From assembly GCA_023140385.1 (NCBI GenBank), contig JAGLLT010000039.1, positions 34,381 through 98,380 on the forward strand: 64,000 nucleotides of DNA, read 5' to 3'. Within the stretch, counting starts at the first letter, position 1, and every line of letters starts with the position of its first letter. This DNA is from Candidatus Omnitrophota bacterium. GTDB taxonomy: Bacteria > Omnitrophota > Gorgyraeia > JAGLLT01. Under the pieces are notes generated by a model. That model was not told where the DNA came from. It ran no database searches and worked only from the letters and a program-made list of their open reading frames with translations. Below are positions 56,255-64,000 of this stretch, piece after piece. The translations under genes and the position numbers were made by a program.

Positions 56255-58333
56255 ATGCTGATAAGTTATAATTGGCTTAAAGATTTTACGGATATTAAGA
56301 TTACGCCTGAAGAGCTGGCCGAAAGGCTTACTATGGCCGGCATTGAAGTCGGGTCAATAGAAAAGCTTAAGGATGATTTTGTTATGGATGCCGAAATCAC
56401 CCCCAACAGGCCTGATTTGTTAAGCATGGAAGGTATTGCCAGAGAGGCGGCCTGTCTAACCGAAAGCAGTTTTCGTGAACTTAACGCGGAGAGCTGTGAG
56501 GTTGAAAATTCAGGCGAGCCCATAGGCGAGCCCATAGAGGTTAAAAATCAGGCGCCCGCTAAGTGCCTTAGATATAACGCGACCTTGATCAGAGATACTA
56601 AAATTAAAATATCGGACGAAAAGATAACCCGCCGGCTAAGCACTTTAGGCCTGAGACCGGTTAATAATATAGTTGATATAACCAACTATTTCCTTTTAGC
56701 CAGCGGACAGCCTTTGCACGCCTTTGACTATGATAAAATTGAGGGCTCAACGCTTGTTGTCAGATGGGCTAAAAAAGGAGAAAGCATTGCCGCGCTGGAT
56801 TCAAGGGAGTATAAACTTGACGAAGATATTCTGGTCATTGCTGATGAGAAAAAGCCGATAGCCATTGCGGGTATTATCGGGGGGATTGATACTGAGATTG
56901 GCTATGAGACAAAGAATGTACTGCTGGAGTGCGCTCATTTTGATCCCGTTGTTATAAGAAGAGCGGCCAGAAGGCTTGGCATCAGCACAGATTCTTCTTA
57001 TAGATTTGAAAGAGGAGTTTGCCTGAAGGCCATACCGGCTGTGGCTCGAAAAGCGGCTCTTCTTATGGCTCAGAGTAGCAAGGGCTCTATAAAGGGTAGG
57101 AGAGATATTTTTAAAGGCGGCTTGAAGGAGCGCTCGGGTAAGTTAAGAATAGATGAAATAAGCAGGATTTTGGGTTTTAAGATTAGCCTCGATAAAGTCA
57201 AAAGGATTTTAACGGCGCTTGGATTTGAAGTAACAGCCGCCGGCGAAAGATCTCTTACGCTCAAGATACCCTTTTTCAGGCAGGATGTTAGCAGAGAGAT
57301 AGACATAATAGAAGAGGTAGCCCGCGTTTACGGCTACGATAAAATGCCTACGACGCTTGCCGGAATATCACCAAAACAGATAATAAAGTACAGATCATCG
57401 GCCGGTATTAGCGAGTTCCGTAAATATAAGATTAAGAAAATTGTAGGAGATATTTTATGCGCTTGCGGGCTTAGCGAAGTTATAACTTATAGTATGATTA
57501 ACGAAAGGTCTTTAAGTAAACTTAATTACCTGCCCGATGAAATTGTTAAAGTCCAAAAAGCTCTGAGTGTGGAGCAGGAGATTTTAAGGCCCACATTAAT
57601 TCCCGGCATCCTGAATGTTTTAAGCTGGAATCTAAATAGGCAGGTTGAGGATTTAATGGTTTTTGAGTTAGGGGATGTGTTTTTAAATAAGGGCGGTAAA
57701 TTTTCTGAAGAAGCCGCTTTGGCGATAGGCCTCTCCGGTAGTAAGTTCACGAATGACTGGCGGGTAAAGTCCAAGCCGTTTGATTTTTTTGATCTCAAGG
57801 GGATAGTTGAAAACCTGTTTAGCCGCCTGGGGATAAAGGATATTGCCTTTAAGCGGGTTGACAGCGGCATTTTTGTTAAGGGCCACAGCGCTGTCGTAAC
57901 TATGGCTGACAAAAAATTAGCCGTCCTGGGCAAGATAAAGAACGTGGTACTTGATACCTTTGATATAGAAGATGAGGTATACGCGGCTGAAGTTTATCTG
58001 GAAGAGGTGCTGTCGTATGTGAGGTTGGATGATAAAGTGAAGCCTATACCGAAATTTCCGGCCGTCACACGCGATCTGGCGGTAATTGTAAAAAACGATT
58101 TATCTTCAAGCGAAATTATTGAAATGATAAAGAAGACGGGCAAGGGATTTATCAGAGAGGTTGCTCTTTTTGACGTTTATTCAGGAAAACAAATTCCCAC
58201 CGGCTATAAAAGCCTTGCCTACTCCATAAAGTACCAGTCAGAAAAAACAACCCTAACCGACACCGAAGTTGATAAAGTGCAAACAGAAATCCAAAAAACC
58301 CTGGTAAACAACCTAAAAGCCCAGATGAGGTAA
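56255..58333 (+). CDS. pheT: Phenylalanyl-tRNA synthetase beta (lacks the B2 OB-fold)
   Basis: SYNWL..GIEV joined directly to EITPNRPD; NNIVDITNY, SYRFERG, DIIEEVARVYGY, C-terminal FDVY..KSLA. Confidence 0.96.
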   Translation: MLISYNWLKDFTDIKITPEELAERLTMAGIEVGSIEKLKDDFVMDAEITPNRPDLLSMEGIAREAACLTESSFRELNAESCEVENSGEPIGEPIEVKNQAPAKCLRYNATLIRDTKIKISDEKITRRLSTLGLRPVNNIVDITNYFLLASGQPLHAFDYDKIEGSTLVVRWAKKGESIAALDSREYKLDEDILVIADEKKPIAIAGIIGGIDTEIGYETKNVLLECAHFDPVVIRRAARRLGISTDSSYRFERGVCLKAIPAVARKAALLMAQSSKGSIKGRRDIFKGGLKERSGKLRIDEISRILGFKISLDKVKRILTALGFEVTAAGERSLTLKIPFFRQDVSREIDIIEEVARVYGYDKMPTTLAGISPKQIIKYRSSAGISEFRKYKIKKIVGDILCACGLSEVITYSMINERSLSKLNYLPDEIVKVQKALSVEQEILRPTLIPGILNVLSWNLNRQVEDLMVFELGDVFLNKGGKFSEEAALAIGLSGSKFTNDWRVKSKPFDFFDLKGIVENLFSRLGIKDIAFKRVDSGIFVKGHSAVVTMADKKLAVLGKIKNVVLDTFDIEDEVYAAEVYLEEVLSYVRLDDKVKPIPKFPAVTRDLAVIVKNDLSSSEIIEMIKKTGKGFIREVALFDVYSGKQIPTGYKSLAYSIKYQSEKTTLTDTEVDKVQTEIQKTLVNNLKAQMR

Positions 58334-58370
58334 TAGAGAAAGTCCAACCTGACCGCTATTGCAAAAATGC

Positions 58371-58399
58371 TTGCTTTTGAGCTTGGATTGTGATATATT
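58371..58399 (+). promoter_or_regulatory. Promoter of 6S RNA
   Basis: TTGCTT-17 bp-TATATT with TGn. Confidence 0.55.
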
Positions 58400-58414
58400 T
58401 AGTGTAGATAATAA

Positions 58415-58568
58415 TTTCCCTGCTATGTACGTGATGAGCAGATAGACTTGAGCCAACACAGTTTGCCCGGGAACCTAACTTCATACTGCCCGCGGGCGGA
58501 AATGAGAAGGTACCCACTTAGTAGACCGGGTTCAAGCCTATCACGCACGCACGGCATCCGCGGGGATT
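58415..58568 (+). ncRNA. ssrS: 6S RNA
   Basis: Closing stem TTCCCTGC/GCGGGGA, CTTGAGCC/GGTTCAAG, central bubble, GGGAACC/GGTACCC; located downstream of pheT. Confidence 0.8.
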
Positions 58569-58581
58569 TCTTTTTAGGCCT

Positions 58582-59913
58582 ATGAATCTATTTAAAAATC
58601 TCGAATCAAAAGATAATACCCCCCAGGAAAATTCGCCTCTTGCTTACAGAATGCGGCCCAGAGCGCTGGAAGAGTTTGTAAATCAAAAACATCTTTTGGC
58701 AGAAGGCAAACCGCTTCTTAGAGCAATAAAGGCGGACAGGCTGACCTCTATCATCTTATACGGCCCGCCCGGTACCGGTAAAACGGCTCTGGCTTCTGTA
58801 ATAAGCAAGGTTACCAACTCGCTTTTTTGCCGGCTGAACGCTGTAACTTCGTCAGTCAAAGAGCTCAGGGTGGTTATTGAAACGGCCAGGAAAAGGAAAA
58901 AGCTTTATAATCAAAAGACCATTCTCTTTATTGATGAAATACACCGTTTTAACAAAGCCCAGCAAGATGTATTGATGCCCGACGTAGAAGAAGGCAATGT
59001 TATACTGATAGGCGCCACCACTCACAATCCCTTTTTTAGTATAAATCCGCCCATAATTTCCCGCTCAGGTGTTTTTGAGTTAAAACCTCTCGGAGATGAT
59101 GATATTCTGAAAATTTTAAGTACAGCGCTAAGAGATAAAGAAAGGGGCCTGGGCAAAATGAAGATTAAGGTAACTGAAGAGGCCCTTAAATTGATGGTTC
59201 GGGCTTCGGACGGTGATGCCAGGCGGGCGCTTAATATCCTTGAGATTGGCGCTCTAACTACACTGCCGGATGAAGATAATGTTATCCACTATAGTAGGCA
59301 GGTTGCCCTGGATTGTATTGGGAGGAAGGTTGTTCTTTATGATAATAAAGAAGATGGACATTATGATACAATATCCGGCTTCATAAAGAGTATGCGCGGT
59401 TCAGACCCGGATGCCTGCGTATACTGGTTGGCCAAGATGATATATGCGGGTGAAGATGTACGTTTTATTGCCAGGCGCATTGTTATCTGCGCCGCTGAGG
59501 ACGTAGGCAATGCCGACCCGCAGGCTTTGATTTTGGCCAATGCCGCTATGCAGGCAGCTTTAAATATAGGCCTGCCGGAGGCCAGAATTCCTTTAGCCCA
59601 GGCGGCTCTTTACATAGCCTGCGCCCCAAAAAGTAACGCTTCCTATCTGGCCATAGAAAGCGCCTTAAAGGATGTGAGAGAGAAGCGTTTGCTTGAAGTG
59701 CCGGAGGGGATAAAGGACGCCCATTACAAAGGCGCCCGGAGATTAAAAAGGGGCGAGGGATACATTTACCCGCATGATAGGGAGCAAGAGGCCCTGGAGC
59801 AGAAGTATCTTCCGTGTAAAAACAGATATTACTTTCCTAAGGATAAAGGCCTTGAAGCCGGATTTAAAGAGCTGCTTGAGTTAAAAGAAAAACTAATTAA
59901 GGGCGGGGCATGA
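58582..59913 (+). CDS. rarA: Replication-associated recombination protein A
   Basis: [55 protein letters not shown]. Confidence 0.96.
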   Translation: MNLFKNLESKDNTPQENSPLAYRMRPRALEEFVNQKHLLAEGKPLLRAIKADRLTSIILYGPPGTGKTALASVISKVTNSLFCRLNAVTSSVKELRVVIETARKRKKLYNQKTILFIDEIHRFNKAQQDVLMPDVEEGNVILIGATTHNPFFSINPPIISRSGVFELKPLGDDDILKILSTALRDKERGLGKMKIKVTEEALKLMVRASDGDARRALNILEIGALTTLPDEDNVIHYSRQVALDCIGRKVVLYDNKEDGHYDTISGFIKSMRGSDPDACVYWLAKMIYAGEDVRFIARRIVICAAEDVGNADPQALILANAAMQAALNIGLPEARIPLAQAALYIACAPKSNASYLAIESALKDVREKRLLEVPEGIKDAHYKGARRLKRGEGYIYPHDREQEALEQKYLPCKNRYYFPKDKGLEAGFKELLELKEKLIKGGA

Positions 59914-60959
59914 AAGAAAGATTTAAGGAGTATCTTTATAATGTTGCCGTAAGCGGACAAAAAGGCGCTTTGGCCTCCACCTTGAGGTTTACCCTGTTAA
60001 TTTTTTCATACCTTTATTGGGCCTGCCTTGAGCTGGTTATTTTTCTTTTCCGGGCACGCGTCCTGCCGCGCTATAAGCCCGAAGTTAAAGTTATCAGTGT
60101 CGGTAACATTACCATGGGGGGAACCGGCAAAACCCCCTTTGAAGAGTATTTAATAAAGCGATTTTTTATTTCCAAAAAGGTAGCCCTTATTTCACGCGGT
60201 TATAATAGTGATGAGTTAAATTTACTACAATATAATCTACCGGGCATAAAGATACTTTCCGGTAAAGACAGGGCCAGGTTGATAAAAAGAGCGATTAAGT
60301 ACTTTAAGCCGGATTTAATTGTTTTAGATGATGGTTTTCAACAATGGCGCGTTTCAAGAGATATCAATATTGTCCTTATTGACGCAACCTGTCCTTTTAG
60401 CAATCAAAGGCTTACTCCGCGCGGTTTGCTGAGAGAGCCGGTTGGCCATCTCAGGAGGGCGGATATTTTTGTGCTGACCAAGGCCGGTTTGGGCCAGGTT
60501 AATCTGCCGCGCCTAAAAGCCCTTTTAAAAAGGATAAAGCCGGAAGCTCCGGTTGTAGAGGCTGAACACATGCCCAGTTGTTTATATGAACCGCTTAAGG
60601 ACAAAAACCTCTCTTTTAAAGAGGTAAGAGGTAGAAAGGTTTTAGGTTTTTGCGCTATCGGTTCGCCCTCATCTTTTCGAGCTACCCTCAGCAGTCTGGG
60701 AGCGGAAGTTAGCGGTTTTGTTAATTTTATTGACCACTATCAGTATAAGAACGGGGATGTTGACAGTCTTATCAATAAAGCGCGCACCGCTAAGGTAAAG
60801 GCGCTGATAACCACTGAGAAGGATTGGATGCGCCTGGACGCGAATATGGTTTTTAGGCTGTCAAGAGAGTTTAAGTTTTACGTACTGAAAATAAAAATAG
60901 AGATACTAAAAGGGGAGGAAAGGCTGGATGAATACATATCCGGCATATCTGGCGGCTAA
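59910..60959 (+). CDS. lpxK: Tetraacyldisaccharide 4'-kinase
   Basis: VISVGNITMGGTGKTP, SRGY, LDDGFQ, P.GLLREP, TTEKD. Confidence 0.95.
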   Translation: MKERFKEYLYNVAVSGQKGALASTLRFTLLIFSYLYWACLELVIFLFRARVLPRYKPEVKVISVGNITMGGTGKTPFEEYLIKRFFISKKVALISRGYNSDELNLLQYNLPGIKILSGKDRARLIKRAIKYFKPDLIVLDDGFQQWRVSRDINIVLIDATCPFSNQRLTPRGLLREPVGHLRRADIFVLTKAGLGQVNLPRLKALLKRIKPEAPVVEAEHMPSCLYEPLKDKNLSFKEVRGRKVLGFCAIGSPSSFRATLSSLGAEVSGFVNFIDHYQYKNGDVDSLINKARTAKVKALITTEKDWMRLDANMVFRLSREFKFYVLKIKIEILKGEERLDEYISGISGG

Positions 60960-62895
60960 GTTTATTTTGTTTGTACTTAAATGCCTGCCGTTAAATTTTG
61001 CTTTGTTTCTCGGCAGACTTATGGGAAACATGGCCTACCTTTTTTGTGCTAAGCAGAAGAGAACCGGTTATTTGAATTTACGAGCCGCCTTTAGCTGTTC
61101 AAAGTCCCCGGCTGAACTGAAAAGAATTTTAAGGGGCTCATATAAAAACCTGGGCCGGATGTTGGTTGAGATAGCAAGATTTCCAAAATTAAACGAAGAT
61201 TGGGTTGATAGCTTCGTTTCTATAAAAGGGCTTGAAACCGTTAAAAAGGCGAAAGCTAAGGGCGGGGGTTTGATATTTTTGACGGGTCATTTCGGAAACT
61301 GGGAGCTTGCGTCCCAGGTACTAAGTATCAAAGGCTATCCTATGCAAGTGCTGGTCAGAAAACAGAAGCTTAACAGGCTTAATGAGTTGTTAAATAGCTA
61401 TAGAAGCGCTAACAACTGTGAGGTTGTCAGTAAGGGTGTAGGTGTAAAGGCTATTTTAAGAAGTTTAAGAAAAAATAATACCGTGGGAATGCTGGCTGAC
61501 CAGGATGTCCGCCAAAGCGGTGTTTTTGTGGAATTTTTGGGCAGGTACACCTCGGCTCCGTCAGGAGTGGCGGCTATCGCTATGAAGACGGGGAGCCCTA
61601 TTATCCCTTGTTTTCTTAAAAGAGGCGGGGGAGGCAGGCACACCCTGTTTATGATTGAGGAGTTGACGATTGACAGTCAGGGGCCTAAGGAGTCAGTTGT
61701 AAGGGATTGCCTGCAAGGTTATCACAATTTGCTTAGCCGCTATATTAAAGAAAGCCCCGAACAGTGGTTCTGGGCGCAGAAGAGGTGGAGGTCGACGCCT
61801 GCCCGGGCAGTTATTGTATTAAGTGACGGCAAGGCCGGCCATTTGAACCAGGCGAAAGCTGTTAGCCGCCTGCTGGGAGAGGAGCTTGAAAAAAGCGGTC
61901 TTCAGTCAAGACTGCCCTATGCCCGGGAAGACGGCTGTAAAATAATTGAAGCCGGTTTTAGACATAAGGCAGGCTCTGCTTTATTAAATGCCTGCCTGAC
62001 GCTTGCTTTTCTTCAGCCGCTGCGCCTTTTATTGCTAAGATTGTTTCTGACGAAAGAAAGTTACCGCGAGTTGATAAGCAGTTACGCGGATTATGTGATT
62101 TCCTGCGGCAGTAAGCTGGCAGGTATTAATTTAGCGGTTTCTAGGGAAAACGGCGCCCGGAGTGTTGTGATAATGAAGCCGCCGCTTAGAATTAATAACT
62201 TTGATTTAGCCGTTATACCTGAACATGACCGGCCCGGCAAATTCGGGAAATCGGGGAGAGTGGTTGTGACTGCCGGCGCTCCCGGCTTAATTAGCGCTGA
62301 ATCAATAAGGCGCGATAAAGAGACTCTAACTGCCAAGATAAGCCTGAAAGACGGCTCTATTCTTGGTGTTTTTTTTGGCGGAGACAGCCGTCATTATAGT
62401 TATGAGGAAATTCAGATTAAGAGGATGCTGGCTGAGATAAAGAGTATAGCCGCTGAGTGTAATTCCAATCTTTTGGCTACTACATCCAGGCGTACAGGCC
62501 GGGCGTTTGAGTTGTTGTTCGAAGGTTCGTTGGCGGGCTTTGGGGGCTGTAAACTTTTGGTGCTTGCCTCAAAGAATAATCCTCCTGAAACGATAGGCGG
62601 TATTCTGGGCTTATCGGATGTAGTAATTGTTTCTTTTGACAGCCTCTCTATGATTTGCGAGGCCGTAAGTTCTCAAAAGCGAGTTGTTGTACTTGTGCCG
62701 GATAACTACCAGTCCCTGAAAGACCTCAGTAAACACAAAAGACTGATAAGCAGTTTCACCGCGCGGGGCTTTGTAAAAACAGCGGAAGCCGGGAGCTTAA
62801 AGACGGTTGTTAAGGATTTATTCGCGGCAGAGGGAGAGATTAAGGCTCCTGATGACAATAAAAAAATAAGAGAGGCGCTGGCAGGATTAATATGA
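60928..62895 (+). CDS. Lipid A late acyltransferase (LpxL-like) fused to an ELM1/GtrOC1-like domain
   Basis: GHFGNWE, LADQD, PEQWFW.QKRW; then LSDGKAGHLNQA, VIPEHD, FGGDS, TTSRRT, DSLSMICEA. Confidence 0.85.
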   Translation: MNTYPAYLAAKFILFVLKCLPLNFALFLGRLMGNMAYLFCAKQKRTGYLNLRAAFSCSKSPAELKRILRGSYKNLGRMLVEIARFPKLNEDWVDSFVSIKGLETVKKAKAKGGGLIFLTGHFGNWELASQVLSIKGYPMQVLVRKQKLNRLNELLNSYRSANNCEVVSKGVGVKAILRSLRKNNTVGMLADQDVRQSGVFVEFLGRYTSAPSGVAAIAMKTGSPIIPCFLKRGGGGRHTLFMIEELTIDSQGPKESVVRDCLQGYHNLLSRYIKESPEQWFWAQKRWRSTPARAVIVLSDGKAGHLNQAKAVSRLLGEELEKSGLQSRLPYAREDGCKIIEAGFRHKAGSALLNACLTLAFLQPLRLLLLRLFLTKESYRELISSYADYVISCGSKLAGINLAVSRENGARSVVIMKPPLRINNFDLAVIPEHDRPGKFGKSGRVVVTAGAPGLISAESIRRDKETLTAKISLKDGSILGVFFGGDSRHYSYEEIQIKRMLAEIKSIAAECNSNLLATTSRRTGRAFELLFEGSLAGFGGCKLLVLASKNNPPETIGGILGLSDVVIVSFDSLSMICEAVSSQKRVVVLVPDNYQSLKDLSKHKRLISSFTARGFVKTAEAGSLKTVVKDLFAAEGEIKAPDDNKKIREALAGLI

Positions 62896-64000
62896 GGGTT
62901 CTTCAGATTTTACCGGCTTTAGAAACTGGTGGAGTTGAAACCGGTACCGTTGACCTGGCAAAAGAACTTATTCGGCAAAACCACAGAGCGGTGGTGGTTT
63001 CTGCCGGGGGAAGCCTGGTTAGTGAGTTAATCTCATTGGGAGTTAAACACTATCAACTGCCGGTTAATAAAAAATCACCTCTGACGATTTTAAGAATGAG
63101 CGGCCTGCTTGCCGGGATAATAAAAAAGGAAAAGATAGACGTTGTCCACGCCAGAAGCAGGGTGCCTGCCTGGATTGCCTGTCTTGCCTGTTATAGAACC
63201 GGCTGTAGTTTTGTTACTACTTGCCACGGTTATTATAATACTCATTTTACAAGCCGCGTTATGGGTTGGGGCAAGAGGGTGATTGTAGTCAGCCGGGCTA
63301 TCGGACGCCACATGATAGACGACTTTAAGGTACCGCCGGAAAGAGTCAGGCATATAGCCCGCGGAGTTGACCTTGAGAAGTTTACCTTTAATCCCGGCTC
63401 TCTTAAAAGAACCGGCGCTTTTAAGGTAGGTATAATAGGCAGAATTACGCCTCTTAAGGGACATAAGTACTTTTTGAAGGCTATATCAAAGGTAGTCAGG
63501 CAACTGCCCCGTATAAGGGCGCAAATTATCGGTGAAGCCGCGCCCGGCAAAATCGGCTGTAAAGAAGAGCTCTTAGTTTCAATCAGGCAGTTAGGCATAA
63601 CAAACTATGTAGAGTTTTTAGGTAGGCGCTCTGACATACCGGCGGTCTTATCCGGACTTGATGTTTTGGTAATGGCTACTACAGCGCAGGAAGCCTTTGG
63701 GAGGGTTTTAATTGAGGCCGGCGCCGTGGGGATACCGGTTATTGCTACAAGAGTAGGAGGGGTGGTTGAGATAATTGAGGATGGTAAAAATGGAATTCTT
63801 GTTCCCGCCCGGGATTCGGAGGCTATTGCCGGCGCCCTTTTGAAAATATACCGCGACCGGCAATTGGCAGAAAGTTTTATCAAGCGGGCCCGGGAGAAGG
63901 TTGAAAGATTATACGATTTAAAGGAGATGTATAATAAAACCATAAAGGTTTATCAGGAGGCCATAGGTTCTTTAAAAATATTGGTTATAAAGTTTAGCGC
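62892..64000 (+). CDS. GT4 glycosyltransferase running into a probable GT9 heptosyltransferase domain, 3' truncated
   Basis: MRVLQILPALETGGVE, HARSRVPAW, GRITPLKGH, EAFGRVLIEA; frame continues into LKILVIKFSA at the window edge. Confidence 0.88.
   Translation, partial: MRVLQILPALETGGVETGTVDLAKELIRQNHRAVVVSAGGSLVSELISLGVKHYQLPVNKKSPLTILRMSGLLAGIIKKEKIDVVHARSRVPAWIACLACYRTGCSFVTTCHGYYNTHFTSRVMGWGKRVIVVSRAIGRHMIDDFKVPPERVRHIARGVDLEKFTFNPGSLKRTGAFKVGIIGRITPLKGHKYFLKAISKVVRQLPRIRAQIIGEAAPGKIGCKEELLVSIRQLGITNYVEFLGRRSDIPAVLSGLDVLVMATTAQEAFGRVLIEAGAVGIPVIATRVGGVVEIIEDGKNGILVPARDSEAIAGALLKIYRDRQLAESFIKRAREKVERLYDLKEMYNKTIKVYQEAIGSLKILVIKFS

Noticed and set aside
828-63943. Numerous minus-strand and alternate-frame ORFs in the track
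   Set aside because: They are shadows of well-supported + strand genes, with no recognisable motifs

Overview
A core-genome window from a diderm, probably anaerobic bacterium. Gene content points to the PVC superphylum, most likely Ca. Omnitrophota; this is an inference from the Amuc_1100-like pilus module, DGHV-type pilins, a PEP-CTERM protein and fused LPS genes. Almost all genes are on the + strand. 1-19.1 kb: hybrid type IV pilus/type II secretion locus with pilB-pilT-pilB-pilC, three GspG-like and four minor pseudopilins, an inserted PEP-CTERM cassette, a PilM-PilN fusion, a PilO/Amuc_1100-like gene, an apparently split secretin (one N-module plus two separately exported barrel paralogues), a YbjQ-like protein and two secreted HEXXH peptidases. 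19-33.6 kb: polA, coaE, rho, rpmE, prfA, prmC, murA, rpsP, trmD, rplS and a folate cluster (fchA-folD-metF-panB plus a Pta-N-like gene). 33.7-46.3 kb: an unannotated 37-aa histone-H1-like peptide, rnfCDGEAB with a minimal RnfB, and a PyrR-attenuated pyr operon carrying endonuclease Q. 46.5-64 kb: yicC-remA-gmk-rpoZ-coaC-coaB, two pilins, tRNA-Cys/Leu/Val, thrS-infC(ATT start)-rpmI-rplT-pheST, 6S RNA, rarA and LPS genes. Most notable: (1) the tRNA spacers are built almost entirely from polarised arrays of a ~30-nt hairpin element, intact at the tRNA ends and decayed by C>T/G>A further away; (2) the split, duplicated secretin; (3) intergenic heptamer-periodic palindromes and a related repeat, two of them carrying a precise 17-18-nt mini-insertion.
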